From contig JAIXWH010000071.1 of NCBI GenBank assembly GCA_027484165.1, forward strand, positions 41,366-105,365: a stretch of 64,000 bases of DNA. Direction: 5' to 3'. Below are positions 1 through 8,143 of this stretch, one piece after another (position 1 is the first letter of the stretch; every line of letters starts with the position of its first letter). Source of the DNA: Chitinophagaceae bacterium (lineage in GTDB: Bacteria; Bacteroidota; Bacteroidia; Chitinophagales; Chitinophagaceae). Both the position numbers and the translations under genes were made by a program. The notes below the pieces were generated by a model. The model saw only the letters and a program-made list of their open reading frames with translations, was not told the origin of the DNA and searched no databases.

Positions 1-1391
1 TCAAGCTCGACAGCGCAAGGCAGGCCTGCATTTGTTTTTTTATCATAAACCTTTCCTTTGATCCAGGTGGTTTTTGAAGCGGCAATATCATTTCTTAAAT
101 TGAATGTGTAAATATCCAATCCACTTTTTAAACTACCTCTGTCGCTTGCATAATAAGCGGTGATTCCATCAGCGGTAACAAATAAAGACCCTTCGTCGTC
201 AATTGTATTTATTGGATAGCCGAGGTTTTCAGGTACTACCCATTTATTGGCGGTATCTTTTTTGGTAATAAATATATCAGCCATTCCATATCCCATCAGT
301 CCATTGCTATTAAAATAAAGGGTTTGATTGTCTGCATGAATAAAAGGGCAGGTTTCATCGGCAGAAGTATTGATTTTTGGTCCAAGGTTTTCAGGTGTTC
401 CCCATTTTCCATTTGAATTTTTGTGAGAAACCCAAATGTCTTTACCTCCAAATCCTCCGGTACGATTGCTCGAAAAATACAGATCTTTTTTATCGGGCGA
501 AAGTGTAGGAGTAGATTCCCATAAGTCAGTGTTGATAAGCGCTCCGAGATTTTCCGGTTCCGTCCAACTGCCTGATTTTGATTTATAGGATATGTATAAA
601 TCGCAGCTGCCCATTCCTTCAGGATAATTACATCCAGTAAAAATCAACCATTCTCCATCTTGTGATATCGTTTCGGCACCCTCATTCAAATTGGTATTTA
701 ATTTTCCTTCAGCAATTTTTGCAATGCTCCATTTCCCATCAATTAAATTGCTTTCAAAAAAATCTTCATCATTGTTAATCGTTCTACTGAAAATCATCGT
801 TTTTCCATCAATGGTCAATGTAGGAAAATATTCAAGCTCATCAGTATTGATTTCAGGGCCTAATTTTTGTAGTTTGAAATCATAATTTTCAGTAGGATGA
901 TTTTTTTTGTAGTCAAGAGCAAATTGGAAAGCCTTTTTTCTGTAAGTACCCGATCTTTTTGCCTGTTCATTTAGATTGGGATTATTCAGAAAAACATTAA
1001 TCTTATTCATTGCTTCCTCAAAGTTTCCAAGTCCGGCGAGAGATATGGAATAGGAGATTGCATAAGTGGCAGAAAAAAAACTATCTAATTCAAACGCTTT
1101 TTTGAAATCGTCTACAGATGCCTGATAGTTTTTTAAATCAGCAAAAATTCCTGCTCTTGATAAATAAGCTTCAACATATTTCGGTTCTATTTTTAAAGCT
1201 TCACCAATTGCCTCGATTGACTTTAAATAGTCGCCATGAGTAGCGAAATCGTATGCTGATTCATAAATTGCTGTTGCTTTTTTATTTACTTTTCCCGGAT
1301 CATACCATTGTGCATAAGAATGAGGTAAGCTAGCGCATAAAAAATATAGTATGAAAATAGCCCTAAGTTGTTTTATTATATTCCGATTCAT
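1..1391 (-). CDS. TPR + PD40 (WD40-like) repeat protein, PorE/OmpA-family type (partial; runs off the left edge)
   Basis: Not in the ORF track. Manual minus-strand translation from ATG 1391: MNRNIIKQLRAIFILYFLCASLPHSYAQWYDPGKVNKKA..., TPR-like EAYLSRAGIFADLKNYQ, then PD40 repeats (EYFPTLTIDGKTMIFSR; ESTPTLSPDKKDLYFSSNRTGGFGGKDIWVS; ETCPFIHADNQTLYFNSNG). The expected C-terminal OmpA domain lies outside the window. Confidence 0.88.
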   Translation of the reverse strand, partial: MNRNIIKQLRAIFILYFLCASLPHSYAQWYDPGKVNKKATAIYESAYDFATHGDYLKSIEAIGEALKIEPKYVEAYLSRAGIFADLKNYQASVDDFKKAFELDSFFSATYAISYSISLAGLGNFEEAMNKINVFLNNPNLNEQAKRSGTYRKKAFQFALDYKKNHPTENYDFKLQKLGPEINTDELEYFPTLTIDGKTMIFSRTINNDEDFFESNLIDGKWSIAKIAEGKLNTNLNEGAETISQDGEWLIFTGCNYPEGMGSCDLYISYKSKSGSWTEPENLGALINTDLWESTPTLSPDKKDLYFSSNRTGGFGGKDIWVSHKNSNGKWGTPENLGPKINTSADETCPFIHADNQTLYFNSNGLMGYGMADIFITKKDTANKWVVPENLGYPINTIDDEGSLFVTADGITAYYASDRGSLKSGLDIYTFNLRNDIAASKTTWIKGKVYDKKTNAGLPCAVEL

Positions 1392-1458
1392 ATTAAGGCT
1401 TAAATGTAGTAATTATTTATCTCACAAAAACACAATGATTGTTAATTGGGGAACTGAT

Positions 1459-2100
1459 TTAAGGTACGTTGATAAATTTATGTATTTGTAATGAAAGCTC
1501 CCATTGTGGATTGTTTTTAATGTATTCAACAATCCGTGGAGTGATTTCTGAAGCTTTGCTCCACTCAGGTTGTAAATACAATTTGCAGGTTTTATTCACC
1601 AAAGCTGCATGTTTTTCGGCCCATTCAAAATCAGATTTATTATACACGATTATTTTCAATTCATGGGCAACAGCAAAAATTTCCGGAAGTGGCCCTTTAA
1701 ATTTTTTGGGAGATAAACAAATCCAATCCCAGTTACCAGTTAAAGGATGTGATCCAGATGTTTCGATGTTGGTTTGAAAACCTTCTTGTTTTATTGCGGA
1801 GGTCAAAGCTTCTAAATTATGCATTAAAGGTTCTCCACCTGTAATGACTACTAATCCTTTGGGATTTTGGTTTACAATTTCTACGATGTTATTGACGTCT
1901 AATTTCGGATGGCTCTCCGCGTCCCAGCTTTCTTTCACATCACACCATACACAACCTACATCGCAGCCACCTAATCTGATAAAATAGGCAGCCTTTCCCT
2001 GATGGTAACCTTCCCCCTGAATGGTGTAAAAATGTTCCATTACGGGCAAAGCTTGGTTAGTCGAATGGTTCTTTTGCAATTGAATTTGATTTGTCTGCAA
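1459..2100 (-). CDS. queE: 7-carboxy-7-deazaguanine synthase (radical SAM)
   Basis: EHFYTIQGEG, FIRLGGCDVGCVWCD (CxxxCxxC), ITGGEP, IETSG, LSLQIHK. The true start is probably TTG 2079 or ATG 2040, because TTG 2100 lies inside a -7 promoter box. Confidence 0.93.
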   Translation of the reverse strand: MQTNQIQLQKNHSTNQALPVMEHFYTIQGEGYHQGKAAYFIRLGGCDVGCVWCDVKESWDAESHPKLDVNNIVEIVNQNPKGLVVITGGEPLMHNLEALTSAIKQEGFQTNIETSGSHPLTGNWDWICLSPKKFKGPLPEIFAVAHELKIIVYNKSDFEWAEKHAALVNKTCKLYLQPEWSKASEITPRIVEYIKNNPQWELSLQIHKFINVP

Positions 2101-2105
2101 AAATA
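2098..2105 (-). promoter_or_regulatory. Bacteroidota -7 promoter element (TATTTTTG) for queE
   Basis: Matches TAnnTTTG on the minus strand directly upstream of the queE coding region. Confidence 0.6.
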
Positions 2106-2228
2106 GTCATCTAATTCAAAAGATTTTACTTTTTAGAAATTGATTTATTCTGCATGTTTTAACAAGAAAAGCACTTTAAGTATAGGTTGATTATCCTTAG
2201 TAGGAATTTGTTTCCATTTTTAATTTGC

Positions 2229-3056
2229 ATGCATAAACGTACTCATTTGAAAACTTATTTTCTATTTTTTCTGCTGATAGGGTTTATCGGAAAAAGCCAG
2301 TCGCTGAAATTCCCATTAAATAATCGTGGCATTTGCATCTCTTCAAAATATCAAAATTCTGACAATCCATTTGTGATTTTTGAAAACCCATCAAACATGA
2401 CAAATGCTAAACAAAAATCATATGGTTTTTTGGGCGGGAATAAATATTTATTGAGAGAATTGTCTCATTTTTCGTTTTCATTTATATCTCCAACCTCATT
2501 AGGTTTTATTGGAATTGGACTGAATTATTTAGGAAATGCTGATTATAATGAGTCTAGTGTGATGTTTGATTATGCGCATAATTTGAATAATAGATCTGCC
2601 GTAGGAGTATTGTTTCAATCACAAATACATAAAACAAGAAACAGCTTATATCAATTTGCATTCGCTGGTGCAGTAGGTATGAATATAGAATTAAATGATA
2701 AAATATCAACAGGTATTTGTATCAAAAATCAGTTTGGTATTAATAAATCTGCAGATGCTTCTTTGGAAAATAAAATAGATGTGTTATCAGAATTGAAATA
2801 TGATGTAACAAAAGACTTTTTGATATCAACAGCAATCTATAAACAATTTAATCATGCGCCTAATGTCATTGTATCCTTAAAGTACCATTACAAAAAAAGA
2901 ATGTTTATTGATTACGGATTTATTGGCGGTATAAATCAAATGTATTTAGGTGTTGGTTTTTCATTTGATAAAATGAATCTTGAAGTCTTCAATTTTTTTC
3001 ATACAGATTTAGGGTATTCGCCTGCGTTACTATTTATACATAACAATGAAAAATGA
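2229..3056 (+). CDS. Putative outer-membrane beta-barrel protein, PorV/PorQ-like
   Basis: Signal-peptide-like N-terminus; FENPSNM motif resembling the NPA motif of PorV/PorQ/FadL-type barrels; alternating amphipathic strands. Start uncertain (2187 TTG, 2229 ATG or 2247 TTG). Stop overlaps the next start (ATGA). Confidence 0.6.
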   Translation: MHKRTHLKTYFLFFLLIGFIGKSQSLKFPLNNRGICISSKYQNSDNPFVIFENPSNMTNAKQKSYGFLGGNKYLLRELSHFSFSFISPTSLGFIGIGLNYLGNADYNESSVMFDYAHNLNNRSAVGVLFQSQIHKTRNSLYQFAFAGAVGMNIELNDKISTGICIKNQFGINKSADASLENKIDVLSELKYDVTKDFLISTAIYKQFNHAPNVIVSLKYHYKKRMFIDYGFIGGINQMYLGVGFSFDKMNLEVFNFFHTDLGYSPALLFIHNNEK

Positions 3057-5098
3057 AGAGCCATTTAATGATATTATTCATGATGATTCCAATGCTAGTT
3101 TTTTCTCAGGAGGAAGAAAATACAAATCAATCATTGATTAGTAATAATCTGGAACAAAATGAAGGGTATCAATCAGATAGTTATGATGCAACGGATAAAA
3201 CAATGCCAAATCAGTATTCAAAATTAGATTTAAATCAGGCCGATGCTGGTGTTTTTCAGGAATATTTCTTTTTGAATGCACTTGATATAGAATCTATTAT
3301 CAATTACAGAAAATCATTGGGTCTCTTTTTGGATATATATGAATTGCAATCAGTACCTAATCTGGATATTGAAAAAGCAAAAATGCTTAATCTCTATTTT
3401 AAAATTGGTCAACAGAGAATATTAGATGATTTAAAAAATAAAATTAAAAAGGGTAATCATTATTTACTTTTTAGTGTCAATCAATCCATGCAATTGGCTT
3501 CTGGATACAATAAGTCACTGATTTCGGAGTCAGGAAAGTATGAAGGCTCACCTCAAGCTATTTTAGTCAAATACAATTATAAATACAGAAATGAGATTTC
3601 TTATGGTTTTACTGCTGAAAAAGATCCAGGAGAGTCCTTCTTCAGAGGCAGTAATAGAAAAGGCTTTGATTTTTATTCAGCACATTTGTTTTTAAAAAAT
3701 AGAGGAATTTTAAAATCAATTGCTATTGGAGATTATACTATTAATTTAGGACAAGGGTTATTGCTTTGGCAGTCGTTTGCATTTAAAAAAGGAGCTGATG
3801 TTCTTCAAATCAAAAAACAGGGGGAAGTATTGAAATCCTATAAGTCATCCAATGAATATAATTTCATGAGAGGGGTTGGTTTTTCAATGAAGCTTAGAAG
3901 CATCGAGTCTACTTTTTTCGCTTCTTCATGCAAAAAAGATGCTAACGGAATTGTAGATACGTCAACGGGATTTATAAACATGGTATCGTCAGCCCTTGCC
4001 TCAGGATTACACAGAACAATTACAGAAATAGTTGATGAAAAAATACAGCATGAAACTATTCTTGGAATGAGATTTTCTCAAAAAAGGAACAAGCATTCTA
4101 TTGGATTAAATTATGTTAATTCAAATTTCAGCTTGACTAAAACAATCGAAATTAAACCCTATAATTTATTCTATTTTAAAGGCAATAATTTGAGCAATTA
4201 CAGTGTTGATTATGCGATTACTCAAAAAAATATCCATGTTTTTGGGGAGTTGGCAATGAGCAATAATAAATCTGCTGCTATGATTAATGGGATGTTGATT
4301 GCAGTCAATAAACATCTAGATTTTTCATTTTTGCTAAGAAAAATATCTCCACATTATCAATCATTATATTCAAATGCATTTTCTGAAAGTCATCTTGTCA
4401 ATAATGAAAATGGATTTTATACTGGAATAAATGCCAAAGGGTTGAATGGTTTTCAATTAAATGCCTTTATTGATTTGTATAAATTCCCCTGGTTAAAGTA
4501 TTCGGTTGATAAGCCAGCCAATGGAAGTGAATGGTATATAAAGATCAGTTATGCCATCAATAAAAAAAACAATCTTTTAGTGTCATGTAATCATAAGTAT
4601 GACTTTAAAAATATCAGCGAAGAAAATCAAGTCATGAAAAATATATCTCAACAGGAAAGATATCATTTCAGACTTCAGTATGATGTTGATTTAAAAGATA
4701 TCTTTTCCTTTTCAAATCGAATTGATTTAATGAAATATAAGATCGAAAATCAAAAATATTCAGAAGGGTTTCTGATTTATGTCAATTTTAAAATTAAAAA
4801 TATCTTAAAAAAAGTAAACACTGAATTCAGGCTTATGCTATTTGATACTGAGTCTTACAACAGTAGATTGTATGCATTTGAAAATGATTTATTGCAGAGC
4901 TTTGCAGTCAATAATTATTATGGGAAAGGAATGAGATATTTTTTGATATTAAAATACAAACAAAGTAAAAATCTCAGTTTTTTGGCAAAATGGTCAAACA
5001 CCAGACATTTTGATAAAGCTAGTATTGGAAGTTCTTACAATCAAGTATCAAATAACAAAATTTCCGAATTGAAATTACAGACCTTTATTACATTCTAA
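3053..5098 (+). CDS. ComEA-like helix-hairpin-helix domain protein fused to a predicted outer-membrane beta-barrel
   Basis: Signal peptide; HhH-like segment LDLNQADAGVFQEYFFLNALDIESIINYRKSLGLFLDIYELQSVPNLD; EKDPGE and GDYTINLGQGL motifs; C-terminal aromatic strand KLQTFITF. Confidence 0.8.
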   Translation: MKSHLMILFMMIPMLVFSQEEENTNQSLISNNLEQNEGYQSDSYDATDKTMPNQYSKLDLNQADAGVFQEYFFLNALDIESIINYRKSLGLFLDIYELQSVPNLDIEKAKMLNLYFKIGQQRILDDLKNKIKKGNHYLLFSVNQSMQLASGYNKSLISESGKYEGSPQAILVKYNYKYRNEISYGFTAEKDPGESFFRGSNRKGFDFYSAHLFLKNRGILKSIAIGDYTINLGQGLLLWQSFAFKKGADVLQIKKQGEVLKSYKSSNEYNFMRGVGFSMKLRSIESTFFASSCKKDANGIVDTSTGFINMVSSALASGLHRTITEIVDEKIQHETILGMRFSQKRNKHSIGLNYVNSNFSLTKTIEIKPYNLFYFKGNNLSNYSVDYAITQKNIHVFGELAMSNNKSAAMINGMLIAVNKHLDFSFLLRKISPHYQSLYSNAFSESHLVNNENGFYTGINAKGLNGFQLNAFIDLYKFPWLKYSVDKPANGSEWYIKISYAINKKNNLLVSCNHKYDFKNISEENQVMKNISQQERYHFRLQYDVDLKDIFSFSNRIDLMKYKIENQKYSEGFLIYVNFKIKNILKKVNTEFRLMLFDTESYNSRLYAFENDLLQSFAVNNYYGKGMRYFLILKYKQSKNLSFLAKWSNTRHFDKASIGSSYNQVSNNKISELKLQTFITF

Positions 5099-5130
5099 TT
5101 CAAAACTTTTTTCTGCAACAATCTTTATAT

Positions 5131-5138
5131 TAACTTCG
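5131..5138 (+). promoter_or_regulatory. Variant -7 promoter element (TAACTTCG)
   Basis: TAnnTTCG variant 36 nt upstream of the DUF3467 gene start; the same variant recurs before rplY, infA, pckA and the S1/P1 nuclease. Confidence 0.5.
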
Positions 5139-5174
5139 TCTTCCAATTTTATTTTTCAACCTTAAAACAACATT

Positions 5175-5489
5175 ATGTCTGATCAGCAAAATGCTCAAAA
5201 TCAAATAAATATCGAAATTTCCGAAGAGGTTGCCGAAGGTACTTATGCAAACCTTGCCATTATCACCCATAGTCATGCAGAATTTGTAATTGACTTTGTA
5301 AATGTAATGCCAGGAACGCCTAAGAGTAAAGTGAAAAACAGAATCATTCTTACTCCATTCCATGCAAAGCGGTTTATGAAAGCTATGATTGACAATGTAA
5401 AGAAATTCGAATCTGCAAATGGTGTCATTCAGGATATGGAAGCGGTTGAAATTCCATTTAATTTCAGCGGACCAGTTGGTCAGGCATAA
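5175..5489 (+). CDS. DUF3467 family protein
   Basis: INIEISEEVAEGTYANLAIITHSHAEFVIDF...RIILTPFHAKR is the characteristic DUF3467 pattern. Confidence 0.85.
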   Translation: MSDQQNAQNQINIEISEEVAEGTYANLAIITHSHAEFVIDFVNVMPGTPKSKVKNRIILTPFHAKRFMKAMIDNVKKFESANGVIQDMEAVEIPFNFSGPVGQA

Positions 5490-5492
5490 GTA

Positions 5493-6194
5493 TTAAAGTT
5501 TGCCCTCATCTAAAAAACTGTAGTATCCTTCCTCGCTAACGATGATGTGATCTAGAACTTGAATATCAATTAAAGCGGCTGCCTGTTTTATTTTTTGAGT
5601 AACATCTTCGTCTGCCTTACTAGGGTTCAAATTTCCGGAAGGATGATTATGACTAAGAATTAAACTTGTGGCTCCATGGCTTAAAGCAAGTTTTAGTATG
5701 ATTCTGGGATCCGCAACTGTACCAGTAATACCCCCTCGACTGATCACTTCAAAGTGTATAATTTTATTCGCACGATTTAATAAAACCACAGCAAAGACCT
5801 CATAACTGAGGTCTTTCATTTTTTCACTCAAAAAATTTGCGACTTCGTTACTGTTTTTTATTGATGTCCTTTTAAGGATGTCGGAACTGTTCCTTCGTCT
5901 TCCAATTTCAAGTGCTGCTGCAATAGATGCGGCTTTTGTAATACCAACCCCATTTACTTTTTGTAAATCTCTTATTGATAATTTTCCCAACTCATTAAGA
6001 TTGTTTTCACAGACTTTTAATATTTCCTGACTTAATTCCAGCGCTGATTTATTATTACACCCTGTTCTTAATAAGATAGCCATTAGTTCTGCATTGCTAA
6101 GATAAGTAGCCCCTTGAGATTTTATTTTTTCTCTGGGCTGATCATCTGTTGCCCAGTTTTTCATAGATGTGGAAGTCTTGTTAACATTTTTCAT
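5493..6194 (-). CDS. radC: RadC/JAB (MPN) domain protein
   Basis: DDQPREK, LSNAELMAILLRTG, GVGITKA HhH, HNHPSG and LDHIIV JAB motifs. Confidence 0.93.
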   Translation of the reverse strand: MKNVNKTSTSMKNWATDDQPREKIKSQGATYLSNAELMAILLRTGCNNKSALELSQEILKVCENNLNELGKLSIRDLQKVNGVGITKAASIAAALEIGRRRNSSDILKRTSIKNSNEVANFLSEKMKDLSYEVFAVVLLNRANKIIHFEVISRGGITGTVADPRIILKLALSHGATSLILSHNHPSGNLNPSKADEDVTQKIKQAAALIDIQVLDHIIVSEEGYYSFLDEGKL

Positions 6195-6262
6195 AAAGTT
6201 TCAGAATTAATAATCTAAACTAAATGTATTTTTGCTTAATAAATTTCACAAAAAAAAAACTT

Positions 6263-7219
6263 ATGGATTCAAATGCAAAAATCTTTTCGGGTAGGGGTTC
6301 AAAATATTTAGCAGAGAAAATTGCTGCGAAATTTGGTGAGCCTCTGGGAATTGTTAATGTGCAAGAATTCAGTGATGGTGAGATAGGGGTGGAATTTAAG
6401 GAAAGTATCAGGGGCAAATTCGTTTTTTTGGTTCAGAGTACATTTGCTCCTACTCACAATATAATGGAGTTGCTATTGATGATTGATGCAGCAAAAAGAG
6501 CATCAGCATATAAAGTAATTGCAGTTCTTCCTTACTATGGTTACGCTCGTCAGGATAGAAAAGACAAACCAAGGGTAGCAATTGGTTCTAAATTGGTTGC
6601 AAATATGCTTGTTGCTGCCGGAGCAGACAGAGTTGTTACAATGGATTTACATGCACCACAAATTCAGGGTTATTTTGACATACCAGTAGATCATCTTGAT
6701 TCTTCTGCAATTTTCATACCTTACATTGAAAGCCTTAATTTAAAGAATCTCACTTTTGCCGCACCTGATGTGGGTTCAGCAAACAGAATCAGAGAAATCG
6801 CTTCGTTTTTTGAGTGTGAAATGGTTATTTGTGATAAACACAGAAAAAGAGCAAACGAGATTGCCAGTATGGTTGTAATTGGTGATGTTACAGATAGGGA
6901 TATAGTGTTGATTGATGATATATGCGATACGGGAGGTACATTGGCAAAAAGTGCGGCTTTGATGATGGAAAAGGGAGCACGAAGTGTAAGAGCCTTGTGC
7001 ACGCATCCAGTCCTCAGTGGGAAGGCTTACGAAAATATTGAAAATAGTGTTTTGGATGAATTGGTTGTTTGCGACACCATCCCCTTGAAAAAATCTACTT
7101 CAAAAATAAAAGTTCTTTCAGTTGATGAATTATTTGCAGTTGCACTCAGAAATGCATTTGAGAACAAAAGTATAAACAGTCTTTTTATAAAATCAAGAGC
7201 ACCAAGAGTAAAGAGTTAA
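6263..7219 (+). CDS. prs: Ribose-phosphate pyrophosphokinase
   Basis: FSDGEI, YYGYARQDRK, MDLHAPQIQGYFD, LIDDICDTGGT. Start set at ATG 6263, downstream of the -7 box TATTTTTG (6227-6234). Confidence 0.96.
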   Translation: MDSNAKIFSGRGSKYLAEKIAAKFGEPLGIVNVQEFSDGEIGVEFKESIRGKFVFLVQSTFAPTHNIMELLLMIDAAKRASAYKVIAVLPYYGYARQDRKDKPRVAIGSKLVANMLVAAGADRVVTMDLHAPQIQGYFDIPVDHLDSSAIFIPYIESLNLKNLTFAAPDVGSANRIREIASFFECEMVICDKHRKRANEIASMVVIGDVTDRDIVLIDDICDTGGTLAKSAALMMEKGARSVRALCTHPVLSGKAYENIENSVLDELVVCDTIPLKKSTSKIKVLSVDELFAVALRNAFENKSINSLFIKSRAPRVKS

Positions 7220-7235
7220 TTAATAATTCTAATAT

Positions 7236-7278
7236 TATATACTAAGAAACCTCGTTTTACGAGGTTTCTTAGTATATA
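7236..7278. terminator. 20-bp perfect inverted repeat (terminator or hairpin) between prs and rplY
   Basis: TATATACTAAGAAACCTCGT-TTT-ACGAGGTTTCTTAGTATATA. Confidence 0.7.
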
Positions 7279-7325
7279 TAAGTGCCATTTTTTGATTTTA
7301 TTATAAATAATCTATAGAATTTACT

Positions 7326-7333
7326 TAACTTCG
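7326..7333 (+). promoter_or_regulatory. Variant -7 promoter element (TAACTTCG) for rplY
   Basis: 24 nt upstream of the rplY ATG, followed by CGCC and an A-rich leader. Confidence 0.55.
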
Positions 7334-7357
7334 CGCCTCACAAAAAAATAATTAAAA

Positions 7358-7984
7358 ATGAAATCAATTACAATCGAAGGACAACTGAGGACCGAAAGCG
7401 GAAAAAAAGCCACCCGCCAACTTCGCTCTCAGAAACTCGTGCCAGGTGTAATTTATGGTGGAAAATCTGAAATCAATTTTTCTGCTATGGCATCAGCATT
7501 CAAACCTATTGTTTACACCTCAGAATTTATGATTGCAAACGTGGTTGTGGATGGTAAAAGTTATTCATGTATTTTAAAAGATTTACAGTTCGACAAAGTA
7601 TCAGATGCGCTTATTCACGTTGATTTTTTAGAACTTGTAGACGATAAGAAAGTTATTGCTTCTTTGCCTCTAAAATATGTAGGAACTCCTGCAGGTGTTA
7701 AGGCCGGTGGTAAGTTAATTACTAAAATGAAAGCCATTAAAGTAAAAACATATCCTAAATACCTTAAAGAGTTTATAGAAGTTGATTTGTCTAATCTTCA
7801 ACTCAATGAAAATTTAAGAGTTGAAAATATTATTACTCAAAACATGGAAGTTATGAATTCACCAAGAATTCCCATTGCATCAATTGCAATGACTCGTCAA
7901 TTAAAACAAGAAGAAGCTGCAGCCCCTAAAGCTGCTGCAGGTGCTGCCAAGGCTCCTGCTGCTCCTGCTGCAGCTAAAAAATAA
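7358..7984 (+). CDS. rplY: 50S ribosomal protein L25/general stress protein Ctc
   Basis: GKKATRQLR, VPGVIYGG, ILKDLQFDKVSDALIHVDF, C-terminal Ctc domain and an Ala/Pro/Lys tail. Confidence 0.95.
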   Translation: MKSITIEGQLRTESGKKATRQLRSQKLVPGVIYGGKSEINFSAMASAFKPIVYTSEFMIANVVVDGKSYSCILKDLQFDKVSDALIHVDFLELVDDKKVIASLPLKYVGTPAGVKAGGKLITKMKAIKVKTYPKYLKEFIEVDLSNLQLNENLRVENIITQNMEVMNSPRIPIASIAMTRQLKQEEAAAPKAAAGAAKAPAAPAAAKK

Positions 7985-8002
7985 ATCATTGATTTTTATT
8001 TT

Positions 8003-8032
8003 AAAAAAGGCCCTTGAAAAAGGGCCTTTTTT
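8003..8032 (+). terminator. Intrinsic terminator after rplY
   Basis: AAAAAAGGCCCTT-GAAA-AAGGGCCTTTTTT. Confidence 0.85.
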
Positions 8033-8115
8033 AATGCTATTCGGCATCGCTTTTACGTTCTTCCACATTTAAATAATGTGATAAACTTATCAATAGAACT
8101 CTGATTGTGTTTATT

Positions 8116-8123
8116 TACCTTTG
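8116..8123 (+). promoter_or_regulatory. -7 promoter element (TACCTTTG) for yidC
   Basis: Canonical TAnnTTTG 20 nt upstream of the ATG. Confidence 0.7.
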
Positions 8124-8143
8124 CAATTCAAAATTTTTAAAAA

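Noticed and set aside
691-1777. Plus-strand ORFs 691-885 and 1469-1777
   Set aside because: Antisense shadows of the TPR/PD40 gene and queE; no motifs.
2057-2110. 17-codon minus-strand uORF (MTIFADKSNSIAKEPFD) overlapping the queE start
   Set aside because: Its ATG lies upstream of the predicted -7 box, so it would not be on the queE transcript. I also saw no preQ1-riboswitch-like pattern.
5493-6194. radC as a marker of a mobile or defence island
   Set aside because: It is the full-length housekeeping form (HhH + JAB) divergent from prs, with no integrase or other mobility genes nearby.
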